A DNA stretch of 63,986 nt, filler included, from Octopus bimaculoides (taxonomy: Eukaryota): NCBI RefSeq assembly GCF_001194135.2. It is 5 parts of 5 records of this genome, joined end to end, with 100 filler letters (N's around TTAATTAATTAA, not from the genome) between each part and the next. Parts side by side here need not be neighbours in the genome. Positions count along the whole stretch, not along the records: positions 16,645 to 46,921 come from NC_068984.1; positions 47,022 to 56,379 come from NC_068999.1; 3 more parts are not named here. One strand, given 5' to 3'. Of this stretch, positions 36,899-48,902 are shown piece after piece; position 1 is the first letter of the stretch; every line of letters begins with the position of its first letter. A program made the position numbers and the translations under genes. Under the pieces are notes generated by a model. The model did no database searches. It worked only from the letters and a program-made list of their open reading frames with translations, and was not told the origin of the DNA.

Positions 36899-37809
36899 TA
36901 TGTATATGCATATTTATATATATTGTATATGTATATATATATATATATATANNNNNNNNNNNNNNNNNNNNNNNNNNNNNNNNNNNNNNNNNNNNNNNNN
37001 NNNNNNNNNNNNNNNNNNNNNNNNNNNNNNNNNNNNNNNNNNNNNNNNNNNNNNNNNNNNNNNNNNNNNNNNNNNNNNNNNNNNNNNNNNNNNNNNNNNN
37101 NNNNNNNNNNNNNNNNNNNNNNNNNNNNNNNNNNNNNNNNNNNNNNNNNNNNNNNNNNNNNNNNNNNNNNNNNNNNNNNNNNNNNNNNNNNNNNNNNNNN
37201 NNNNNNNNNNNNNNNNNNNNNNNNNNNNNNNNNNNNNNNNNNNNNNNNNNNNNNNNNNNNNNNNNNNNNNNNNNNNNNNNNNNNNNNNNNNNNNNNNNNN
37301 NNNNNNNNNNNNNNNNNNNNNNNNNNNNNNNNNNNNNNNNNNNNNNNNNNNNNNNNNNNNNNNNNNNNNNNNNNNNNNNNNNNNNNNNNNNNNNNNNNNN
37401 NNNNNNNNNNNNNNNNNNNNNNNNNNNNNNNNNNNNNNNNNNNNNNNNNNNNNNNNNNNNNNNNNNNNNNNNNNNNNNNNNNNNNNNNNNNNNNNNNNNN
37501 NNNNNNNNNNNNNNNNNNNNNNNNNNNNNNNNNNNNNNNNNNNNNNNNNNNNNNNNNNNNNNNNNNNNNNNNNNNNNNNNNNNNNNNNNNNNNNNNNNNN
37601 NNNNNNNNNNNNNNNNNNNNNNNNNNNNNNNNNNNNNNNNNNNNNNNNNNNNNNNNNNNNNNNNNNNNNNNNNNNNNNNNNNNNNNNNNNNNNNNNNNTA
37701 ATAATAGCAACAACAGCAATAATAATAATAATAATAAAAATAATAGTAATAATAAAAACAGTAATTGTAATAAGAACAATAATAATGATAATGATATTTA
37801 ATAATAATA

Positions 37810-37858
<49 letters not shown>

Positions 37859-37957
37859 ATATGATGATAAAAAGTTCGCCATATTAGATATCAGAAGAAT
37901 AGTTGGATCCAGTAATCAACAACAACATGAACGGAAAAATGATGATGATAATAATAA

Positions 37958-38017
<60 letters not shown>

Positions 38018-39687
38018 TAATAATAATAATGATAATAATAATAATCATAATAATAAATATAAAAAATAATAATAATATTAAAGCCAAAACATGGATTTTG
38101 ATTGATTTTATTATTTGAGGTGTGTAGGTCGGGTGGTGCATGCATGCATGGTATGTGTAGGGGTGGTGTGTGTAGGGGCTGGTGTGTGTAGGGGCTGGTG
38201 TGTTGGAATGAAATGAAATAGGATCAAAATAAAATATCTGAAATCTGAAGCTAACTTTATTTGGCAGTAAAAGTATGGTGGTGATGGTGATGGTGGTAGT
38301 GTAGGAGTGTTGTTGTTGTTGTTGGTGGTGGTGATGTCGGTGGAAAAGTTGCTGAGGTCGGTAGTAAGAAGTGGAGGTAGTGATTGTAGTGGCAATGGTT
38401 TATTTTTGTTGTTGTTGTTTAGCTAAGGTCATACCTGACTGGACAGACTTATGGCCAAAAGGGTTCCAGAAGGACATTGTCCAATTCGATTTCGTTTAAA
38501 ATAGAAAAATGTGATATGAGGGATATTTGGCTGCTATTTCAAATCGAGCGACCACGTATAGATATCCTCGTGTGATTAATGTTGTTATACAGTCCTCGGC
38601 AAGTTTTGATCCTCTAAACCTCTGGCAGGCGATTAGGCGAACCACAACATANNNNNNNNNNNNNNNNNNNNNNNNNNNNNNNNNNNNNNNNNNNNNNNNN
38701 NNNNNNNNNNNNNNNNNNNNNNNNNNNNNNNNNNNNNNNNNNNNNNNNNNNNNNNNNNNNNNNNNNNNNNNNNNNNNNNNNNNNNNNNNNNNNNNNNNNN
38801 NNNNNNNNNNNNNNNNNNNNNNNNNNNNNNNNNNNNNNNNNNNNNNNNNNNNNNNNNNNNNNNNNNNNNNNNNNNNNNNNNNNNNNTATATATATATATA
38901 TATAACGCGATTTGGCGTCTTCTTCTAGCATATTAGGAATCCACCTTGGTGCTATTCCTCTTATGTATATATATATATATCTGTCATGCTGAGGACTGCA
39001 GACTTTGACAAGGAGTCATGACTTCTATGGAGTTATAGTATGAGAGTCTCGCCACTGCTCAGTCTATATCTTGTAGTTTCTGGTGGTGGCCACAAGGAAG
39101 CGAAAAAGGGGGACCCAAGTCTGAGCAGAACAGTTACTCTTGTTATCACAGCACAATCTGATGAGCTAATGGCGGACTATTGACGTTGAAGCTCTTTATG
39201 AGTTGCATGTAGATTTAATATTTGAATAGATTGAGTGAGGAAGGCAGTCTTTTTTTTTAGAAGGGTCTTGTAACAGTCTTGCAGTTTAGAAGAGATATTG
39301 CATGGAGTGACGAGGAGGCTGAAGCTATACTAACAAACTGGGTGTCTTTCATTTCAGGCTTCGTTGTGTAGACGGCCCATGGATGAGATCTGTTTATAAC
39401 ATGTTCTAATAAATGTTGTGTTGTTTGTAGTTTATTGAAGTTTGCTGTAGAGAGACGTAGGCTCCAAGACGTGGGTAGGACTTGGCCGAATTCCTGATCA
39501 ATCTAATGTGTACATCATGATTATTTTTTCCTTCTGTTTTACCTTTCACTGTTCTAAATATGTTTGTGCATTGTGTTATTGTCCTTATGGTGTCCAAATG
39601 ATATAGAAGTGTTGCAGATAACTCTTAGTATTGTGTGTGTGTGAATGTGAAGTATATTTATGTTGTTGAGTATTTTTGATTTGTTGT

Positions 39688-40020
39688 GAAGGCGCGTAGC
39701 TTAGCAGTGTTGTGAGTTCGATACTCCATGATCGTGCTCATGATCATGAGTCAGTGAGTTCGATATCTGTCGGAGCGTTGTGTCCTTGAGCAAGCCACTT
39801 TATTTCACGTTGCTCCAGTTCACCTAGCTGTCAAAAATGTGTTGTATCTGTAATTCAAAGGGCCACCCTTTCCCACTTTGTGTCACACTAAATCTCCTTG
39901 GAAACTACGTTAAGCCGTGTCTTTGGAGTGCTCAGCTATTTGGACATTAATTTCATGAGCAGGCTTTATCGTTGATCGGATCAACGGGAACACTCGTCGC
40001 TGTAACTGACAGAGTGACAG
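39688..40020 (+). mobile_element. SINE: tRNA head + CORE-like body + tail T1
   Basis: Colinear with 18841-19115 and extends through the T1 end. Confidence 0.8.
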
Positions 40021-40104
40021 TTAATTAATGTGTATAAATATATAATTAAGATTCAGTTGAATTAGGTGCTTGAATTGAGACACCAAGCCAGTTCGGTACT
40101 AACA

Positions 40105-40299
40105 GTTTCATATGTTGAGAAATATCACAAACATATTCATCAGGCACAAACCGCATATCATAACGAACTAAAAAATATTTTGTATATGCTGCCTTCTCAG
40201 TGTTTCCGCGTTTCTTCTCTTAGTCAACATTTTTAGTCCATTATGATGCGTGGTTTGTATCTGATGAATATGCTTGAGATATTTCTCAACGTATCAAAC
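40105..40299. mobile_element. MITE-like foldback, 70-bp arms
   Basis: 40105-40174 versus the reverse complement of 40230-40299: 59/70 identical, ungapped, by hand count. Confidence 0.75.
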
Positions 40300-40362
40300 T
40301 ATAAGTAGCACTGAAAGACATGTATTGTGTCCTTTAGATAATTAATATTTGTATATATATGC

Positions 40363-40394
<32 letters not shown>

Positions 40395-41039
40395 NNNNNN
40401 NNNNNNNNNNNNNNNNNNNNNNNNNNNNNNNNNNNNNNNNNNNNNNNNNNNNNNNNNNNNNNNNNNNNNNNNNNNNNNNNNNNNNNNNNNNNNNNNNNNN
40501 NNNNNNNNNNNNNNNNNNNNNNNNNNNNNNNNNNNNNNNNNNNNNNNNNNNNNNNNNNNNNNNNNNNNNNNNNNNNNNNNNNNNNNNNNNNNNNNNNNNN
40601 NNNNNNNNNNNNNNNNNNNNNNNNNNNNNNNNNNNNNNNNNNNNNNNNNNNNNNNNNNNTATGTATATATATGCATATATATAGTTGAGGTGTATTCTGT
40701 TATGTATATATATGCATATATATATGTTTTGGCTGATATTACTTGAAGAAAAAATGATTTTCTTTTCTGTGAAAGGTTTGAAATACAAATAACAGGGAAT
40801 AAGATTTGATCGATTATTTCATGGCAAAATACGATGTAAGCTGGGATGAATATATCGCAGATTGCAGCGATGAATACCAGGGTAACGATCAGAACACGGA
40901 TAAAGAATGTTAGAATATTGTAAAACATTTGTAAGAGTAACAACTGTATTCTTCACAAAATTAGTAACAAAAAAAAGAAGATAAGAAACAAAAAAACAAC
41001 CAAAACAAAACAACAACAAAATAAAACAACTTTAGATTA

Positions 41040-41900
41040 AAGTCAGTTTTCGATGATGCTCAGGACTGATTATTAATATTGTTATATCTCGGACATTGCA
41101 GTTGTGTTTTTTGAAAGCGTTATCTAAAAATATGGTTAGTCTTTCCAACACTTTAACATAACCAAGTTAGATGGCTATCGCTAGCTAATATTCTTGTGAG
41201 AATGTTTGAATTGCAGAAAAAAACTGTTAGAATATTTGATCGATCATAAATTTCGATTATCGAAGAGACTAACAAATACGATGTGGTTATCAAGAGTTGC
41301 ATATTTACCGATATTTTAGCAAAATTCAATGAATCATGCTTATCTCTGCAAGAAAAAGAAGTTAATATTTTTCCAGCCGAACATAAAATGGTACCATTAT
41401 CACGTAAATGGGAATTCTAGATCTCAGTTGCAGAACAAAGTACTTTTGACTGTTTTTCCGATTCTTAGAGAATTTTCTCAAAAATCTAACTTGATTTAGA
41501 GGTCGAAATCTGCAATGATTTTAACAATTATCTCTGCAGCTCATCAAAATGAATATTTCCCCCAAATTTGAAGAACTTACAGAATTATTTCCGATAAATC
41601 TCATTCAAAGTTAAATATAATTCAACAAAGTTTCTGGCATCAGATTCTAAAAATTTAAATGACAGAGTTAAGGATTCAGTTTGAAGGAATTTTATTTGCA
41701 ATATTTTGATGCCATTTTACGAATTCCCAGGCTTACCAAAATGGCTGTTCGAGTTCTGTTTGCAACAATATTGAATAAATTTGGTTTTTCTCAATATTTT
41801 AGCACCAATTTCGCAATAGACTGGATTCTGCACCAAAGATGCAAATTCTGCCATCCAGTATTAAACCAAATTCTCAATCAAAGAAGTAGCAATATTCTTC
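41040..41900 (+). mobile_element. hAT (Charlie/Buster, ZBED5-like) transposase relic, C-terminal half
   Basis: VRWLSLANILVRMFELQ...WLSRVAYL.DILAKFNESCLSLQ...FGFS...FRNRLD; frameshifted. Confidence 0.8.
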
Positions 41901-42469
41901 GAATTATACAACTTCTAATGTTCTTTTTTGGTAAAAATTACTAATTTATTACAATTAAAAATAGGATTATCTTCATTTTAATGATTCAGTTTTTCCTTGA
42001 ATTTTGGATAACCGAAGAAAGAAAGGGTTTACGGCAAAATAATTTTGGGAAGCAGAGCTGCATAAAATATCATTGTGGAAGTTCCAACAGCTGAATTGTC
42101 TGGCTGATGGACGGTTGTGAGCATCAAGCAATTTTCCAGACACCAGTCATCAAGTCTTGGTCTTTGATTGATGCAATATGGCAGTTCCGTTCCGTTAAAG
42201 AGATGAGCTGAGAAAAATTTATAGCTGAAAAACGCTGACCTCGCCCATTCACTATTGATGAAACTTTGTAGATGTTGAAGCTCCAGCGCATGTTCGATCA
42301 TCAAGAGCCCGACATCCAGAGACCCGCCGACAGGGGGCGTTCACAAAAAATGGATCACCCCTGACAAGTGAAAGACATTTTTTAAGAAAAAGAGCGCAAG
42401 AGCAGATGTCGCTCCAATTTGGCCTGACAAAGCCTTGGATAAAGCACAATTGCCTGGTAGTAATGATGT

Positions 42470-42666
42470 AGACATTCGTTTACTACAGTTCTATTGTCAA
42501 GAGATGAGGAATTATGTACATTATTTACATTATTTACATTTGACGGATATTTGTCCTCATCTTGTTTGTTGTTAACACAACGTTTCGGCTGATATACCCT
42601 CCAAGCCTTCGTCAGGTGTCTTGGGAAATTTCGAACCTGAGTTCTCATTCCTTAGGTATTATTCGA

Positions 42667-42713
<47 letters not shown>

Positions 42714-42800
42714 NNNNNNNNNNAAATGTTTTAACAACAAACACGATGAGAAATATCTGTCAAATGTAAATAATGTAAATTCGTTTACTAATTCCAATTT
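42470..42800. mobile_element. Penelope-associated terminal-repeat-like unit with a partial inverted copy
   Basis: 42500-42578 is repeated in inverted orientation at ~42727-42790 across an (ATT)n run and a 10-N gap; contains the hammerhead motif. Confidence 0.65.
42574..42620 (-). ncRNA. Minimal type I hammerhead ribozyme motif
   Basis: Minus strand: gacac CUGACGA a ggcu-uggaggguauauc-agcc GAAAC GUU guguu. Stem I gacac/guguu, stem II ggcu/agcc, palindromic AACGUU in place of stem III. Confidence 0.7.
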
Positions 42801-44206
42801 TTGAGAGGTATTTAAATCCCACCCTACTGGCCATCCTATACATAACTTTCTTCCAGTTCGTATTCAACTGAAGGCCTGGACCGAAACATACTACAATCAA
42901 TTTAACTAGTTCAATCTGTCCAGTATCCCACGGCATTATCGCACAGCATGAAATAGCTGCTGAGTTGCAAACCCTTCAGCTTTTTCCAGTTTATCTCTGT
43001 TCCTGTCACTGACTTGTATTTCTCTGGAAAGGTACCGACCGCCTCAACTTCCGTTATCTCTGACACTATTACAATGACGTCATCCGCATCAAACACAAAA
43101 AAAAAACAACTTTATCGAGCCTCAGCTTGAACGCGAGCCCTTTCAATACTTCGAGTCTCCAGAATAATGGATGAAAAGTCAGCAGATGCAGAAGAGATGC
43201 GAAAANNNNNNNNNNNNNNNNNNNNNNNNNNNNNNNNNNNNNNNNNNNNNNNNNNNNNNNNNNNNNNNNNNNNNNNNNNNNNNNNNNNNNNNNNNNNNNN
43301 NNNNNNNNNNNNNNNNNNNNNNNNNNNNNNNNNNNNNNNNNNNNNNNNNNNNNNNNNNNNNNNNNNNNNNNNNNNNNNNNNNNNNNNNNNNNNNNNNNNN
43401 NNNNNNNNNNNNNNNNNNNNNNNNNNNNNNNNNNNNNNNNNNNNNNNNNNNNNNNNNNNNNNNNNNNNNNNNNNNNNNNNNNNNNNNNNNNNNNNNNNNN
43501 NNNNNNNNNNNNNNNNNNNNNNNNNNNNNNNNNNNNNNNNNNNNNNNNNNNNNNNNNNNNNNNNNNNNNNNNNNNNNNNNNNNNNNNNNNNNNNNNNNNN
43601 NNNNNNNNNNNNNNNNNNNNNNNNNNNNNNNNNNNNNNNNNNNNNNNNNNNNNNNNNNNNNNNNNNNNNNNNNNNNNNNNNNNNNNNNNNNNNNNNNNNN
43701 NNNNNNNNNNNNNNNNNNNNNNNNNNNNNNNNNNNNNNNNNNNNNNNNNNNNNNNNNNNNNNNNNNNNNNNNNNNNNNNNNNNNNNNNNNNNNNNNNNNN
43801 NNNNNNNNNNNNNNNNNNNNNNNNNNNNNNNNNNNNNNNNNNNNNNNNNNNNNNNNNNNNNNNNNNNNNNNNNNNNNNNNNNNNNNNNNNNNNNNNNNNN
43901 NNNNNNNNNNNNNNNNNNNNNNNNNNNNNNNNNNNNNNNNNNNNNNNNNNNNNNNNNNNNNNNNNNNNNNNNNNNNNNNNNNNNNNNNNNNNNNNNNNNN
44001 NNNTATATATATATAGTATTAAATATATAGTATTAGATATATGTGTGAATAAGTATCTATGTGTGTGTGTATTTATGTGTACATATGTGTATATATGCTT
44101 GTACCTGTATGAAAGTGTAAATTTGTGATTATATATGTGTGTACGTATATGTATGTGCTCCTGCATGTACCTGTCTATATGCGCGTGCATGTGTGTCTGA
44201 ATATGT

Positions 44207-44252
<46 letters not shown>

Positions 44253-44579
44253 AATGTATATTTGAAAAATATGGATTAAAAATATTCATTTTAAGGAAAG
44301 TCCGCTCGTGAGTATTCTGGAATGTGAAACGAAAAGTATGGCAGGCTCTAGCTTTTTTTATCCATATACACAAACCCCCACGTCACCCCGTTAACAGTGA
44401 TATACATGTAGTATACATAATGTTTATCTCCACTTCAACATGGCTGTTGGCCGTTCGATTCCTTACATTTTCGGTTATAGATAAATAGATACATACATAT
44501 ATGCATACATACATAGATACATACATGCATGCATGCATACATACATACATACATACATACATATAGACAGACAGACATC

Positions 44580-45860
44580 AACAGAGACGTAGACCGTTTC
44601 TACCTAAAACGAAAACAAAGCAGCAGAAGTTTAACATCGATCCAAACTGCCTTTGAATGTCGCATCATATCCTTTCGGCAACATCTTTTAACCACAAAGT
44701 GTTGAAGTGCATCCCTTGACCAAGTTTGCTTACATGAAGTTGATAGAATCATAAGACTTGGAAGGCTGCTCTTTGAGCAGCATTCCTTGTCAGATAACCT
44801 TAAATACACCCAAAGAAGTTGCACGACTCTACGTCAACGTATCATCAGATGAAAGAATGAGCCTATATGAGCAGAAGACATGGATATGTTAGTGGAAAGC
44901 TCCGAGGTGATTGGACCAACAACCGGATTACTGACTCCCACTTTGAAGGGTATGCGTTTGAAATCCAGGAAGAAGAACTATCAACCAAGTACTTGATACA
45001 CAAAAGGGATAGAGATGCAGGAAAACCTGTAAAATGTGACAACCGATGCAGACTTTGCGGAGTTCACGCTGAAGATAGCACCCACAACATAAGCAGTTGT
45101 CCGAAAATGTCAGCGCGGTATTATCTGCCGATGAGACATGACGTTGTAGCTAGGACACTGTATAACGAGATCTGTCAAAAGGATAACTTCGGAGACAAAG
45201 AAATAAGAACCCACAGTATGGTGGAAGCCATAGCCACTCATAATAAAAAGGAGTACTGGTAGAATGTTCCAGTGAAGACCTCAGTAAAATGTAAACACAA
45301 TAGACCTGATATAATGATTTGAGATAGAGAAGAGAAACTGTGTACAGTTGTGGAAATCAGCTGCCCAGCGGATGTTAGCATAATGCTGAAGATCAGTGAC
45401 AAAGAGAATACCTACGATGAACTATTGAGAAATTTACACTTGCTCTATCCAGATTACAAGTTCAGGTTTATACCTGTAATTATTGGGGCCCTGAGATATG
45501 TAACACACTGCCTAAATACCAATCTTGAGAAATTAGGCTTCTCAAAGCAAGAAAACTGATTCGCAGACTCCAGATCCAATCCATAACTGGAACTGTAAAA
45601 ATCTGTAAAACTTTCATTTCAATATATATGAGCATGTCTAGATATGCAATTAGATAGACATAAAACAAAACATATATATACACACATACATACATACATT
45701 CACACATACATGCATACATACATACATACATACATACATACATACATACAAAAATACCCTGTTGTTGATGTTGAAATTCCAATGAAGGAGCCTTGGAACC
45801 AGGCTAGAAACCGGTTCTTTCTCTATTGGCAAGAAATCTTAAAATAAAACTGAGCAATCA
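44580..45860 (+). mobile_element. 5'-truncated restriction-like-endonuclease LINE (R4/Dong-like)
   Basis: [10 protein letters not shown]...EGYAFEIQEEEL...CRLCGVHAEDSTHNISSC (CCHC knuckle)...RHDVV...NRPDIMI...VEISCP (PD-D/ExK)...IPVIIGAL; several stops. Confidence 0.85.
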
Positions 45861-46534
45861 CACACGCAGAACTATTTAAACGAGTTGAATTTACGTTAAT
45901 AGCCAACAGCTAGAATTAGAAACCACAAATTGTAGGCGAAAGCCACTGTCTGAAAGTCGTACGATTCCAATATGTTTTTATTGTCCGGACTAAGTGAAGA
46001 GAAAACTAAAGAACCAATTCATTTTAAAATATTTTGGCACAACTTCGGATAAACCCACCGCTCGATTACCTATACCAGACAGTTCTAACATCAAACCATG
46101 AAACCGGTTTTTATCAGAGTTCATGTTGTGAATGAATTCTATACAATAAAATTTCTTTTTCTTCTTTTTTTTTTTTACCATAATTGACATTTTTCCAGAA
46201 AATGTTGCTTTAGTATTCTTTGGTTAGACATTATCTTAACTTTTCGTTTTTTACCTAAATACTAATAGATAGTTCGCAAAAAATTATCAAAGCAGATATT
46301 TCTTTACCGGCAGCATTTTGGCATAAAGAGATGATGTCTTTGATAATTCACACTTAGATACACTTGCTTAGACTTTATGTAAAAGTTCCAAATCTATGTA
46401 GTTTTATTTTTGGCGAAATATCTGGAGAAGGAATTAAAACAAAAGAAACCTGTTTAATAAACCAAGTCAGCTGTATGTACTAATATAATTAAGATAATGT
46501 CATTAGTTAATTAGCTGTCATATAGTTAGTAATA

Positions 46535-46570
46535 ACTAGCAGAAATACCCGGCTTTGCCCGGGTTAAAGA
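46535..46570. mobile_element. Possible Helentron/DINE-1-like terminus
   Basis: actagc...acccgg-ctttgc-ccgggt hairpin; the resemblance is from recall only and no partner end was found. Confidence 0.3.
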
Positions 46571-46921
46571 GAATAATGAAATCTAAAAACGCCGTCTAGA
46601 CTACGCAACCCTCAACTGTTAGTAGCTACGATACCATATTTCTACATTAATAACTCTCCAATCCATGCCAGCATGGAACATAGACATTAAGTGGAATGCC
46701 AGTCTCTCATCTAGGAGGGCCTTGAAATCAATGTTACCAACTGGGGACTATGTGTGTCGTAGTGATAATAAAAAGGCCCAAAGGAGGTCTGCAACGAAAT
46801 AATTTTACTCAACACTTTGGAAGTGAATCAGTGGAGGCAAAGATGCGTCTCTTTTAATTGACAATTTATGCACCACATTGCAGAAATCACAATGAAAGTA
46901 TATCTGAAAGGGTAGTCTTAC

Positions 46922-47021
46922 NNNNNNNNNNNNNNNNNNNNNNNNNNNNNNNNNNNNNNNNNNNNTTAATTAATTAANNNNNNNNNNNNNNNNNNNNNNN
47001 NNNNNNNNNNNNNNNNNNNNN
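46922..47021. other. Synthetic scaffold-join spacer
   Basis: 44 N + TTAATTAATTAA + 44 N. Confidence 0.9.
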
Positions 47022-47462
47022 TATATACACATTATTTATTTAATAATGCATGCAGATATACATTTGGTTTTTTCTTAGGCTTTTATGTATGTATGCATCT
47101 ATGTGCGTATGTATGTATATATACATTCGAATATAAGTATACGTTATATGTAAAGATATATACAAAATGCGTATATTCACAAGCTCATGCACTCGCTCGT
47201 GTATGCTAGCATAAATAAGTATGAGAGACTGAAACCATATGTGGTGTATATACATATGTATATATATATATTTAGCCATGCCAGGAACGTGCAGAGAGCA
47301 CAGTATAAGGAGGGAAAGTCATGGTGGTGCTCCAGCACGACCGCAGCCACTTGGCTGAAACGCGTAAATAAATAAATAATATATATATCGATATGTAAAT
47401 GTATGTATGTATGCGTCTGTATATATAATCTTTATATGTATATTTACCTATTTATCTTTCTC

Positions 47463-47520
<58 letters not shown>

Positions 47521-47571
47521 NNNNNNNNNNCTTTCTCTCTGCGTGTACGTGTGTGTTTGTGCGTATGTGTG

Positions 47572-47618
<47 letters not shown>

Positions 47619-48101
47619 ATACACAATCTCGCACGTATATTTAGGTACACAACTCTAGCAAATATACAAATCTATATATTACAATTATTACGATGTGAAA
47701 CACGTGATAACCTCCGACAGCAATTCATTTACAGATATCTTATTAACCCTCGAACATGGTCCACGACAGCAACAACAAGGCTTTTGTCTTCGAATCTATC
47801 CTCTTCCATATGTCTTGGCCCCTCACCTCTCCTCTGTATTTCTGTGTCGTGCCTTCTCGTAGAAACGACTTGCACATCATCTGGAAACTATCTACTAACT
47901 TGATTTGGTTCCCACGTTCCTAATGTCATTTCCTAGTGGGAGAGAAACTTTATTCCAATCAAGTATATAAAGAACGATCGACTGCACGTCCGCTGTCCTC
48001 TCTCGTCAAGGTTATTGCATTTTAACACAACGTTGTGTTGCCGTAACTCAAACGAATAAAACGAAGACTTATTGATAAGTGCGATGGCACAGTAGTCTAA
48101 G

Positions 48102-48405
48102 GATATAGCTCTCTGAAGCCGTAACTCTCCGAATACAAAACACGATGCATAAATAGCTCTCTGAAAACATAGCTCTTTGTACACATAGCTCTCTGTAAAT
48201 ATAGCACTGTGAAGGTATAGCTCTCTGTACACATATCTTTATGGAGTCATTGCTCTCTGTAGATATAGCTCTCCAAAGGCACAGCCTTTTGAAGACATAT
48301 ATCTCTGAAAGCATAGCACCCTGCAGACAACGCTCTGAAGGCATAGCTATCTGAAAACATAGCTCTCTATTGACATTGCGCTCTGAAGGCAATGCTCTCT
48401 GAATA
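48102..48405 (+). repeat. Degenerate 16-bp minisatellite (catagctctctgaaaa-like), roughly 18-19 units
   Basis: atagctctctg recurs with ~16-nt periodicity. Confidence 0.85.
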
Positions 48406-48410
48406 TATAC

Positions 48411-48442
48411 TGTAGCCAAAAACTTTTCAGCATACCCGCGTA
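48411..48442. mobile_element. Isolated mariner-like TIR
   Basis: Reverse complement ta-cgcgggtatgctgaaaagtttttggct resembles mariner termini; no matching second end seen. Confidence 0.4.
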
Positions 48443-48837
48443 TGTATATATGTATGTTTGTGTATTTGTATACATATATATGTATATGCATACATATGTA
48501 TGTATATATAACAAAACTAGTACTCTTAATGGGTCTGTATAAAGTTTCATGTTCAGGAGTTTCCGGAGAATCGCCAGACGAACAAAGCACAACCGCTTAA
48601 CACAAATATCTTGGTAGCGTATTTATGCTATTTGCGTAATTAAGATATTTATGTTGCGATGTTATGGCCTCCTTGTCTAACGATTATTCGGACATTTCCC
48701 AATATAAGAGACCAAGTCGCTGAAAATAACACTTTCCTCACACACTATACTCTAATGTACGTGTTTATTACTTTGATTATGCTCATGTAAGCATCTATAA
48801 CCTTACACACATACACACACACACACACACACATATA

Positions 48838-48902
<65 letters not shown>

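Larger units (their letters stand above)
42030..43205 (-). mobile_element. L1/Tx1-clade LINE fragments, interrupted at ~42460-42900
   Basis: SLLHLLTFHPLFWRLEVLKG and DADDVIVIVS...YKSVTGTEIN parallel the Tx1-type RT at 62341-63020. Confidence 0.65.

Noticed and set aside
39153-39190. CTGATGA hammerhead-like start
   Set aside because: GAAA is replaced by GGA, stem II is only 2 bp and stem I does not pair.
42866-42895. ctgaaggcctggaccgaaac as another hammerhead
   Set aside because: The core lacks A9 and no consistent stem I or cleavage triplet was found.
3313-48405. 24-bp and 16-bp arrays as CRISPR-like repeats
   Set aside because: Units are contiguous and degenerate with no unique spacers, there are no cas genes, and the context is eukaryotic.
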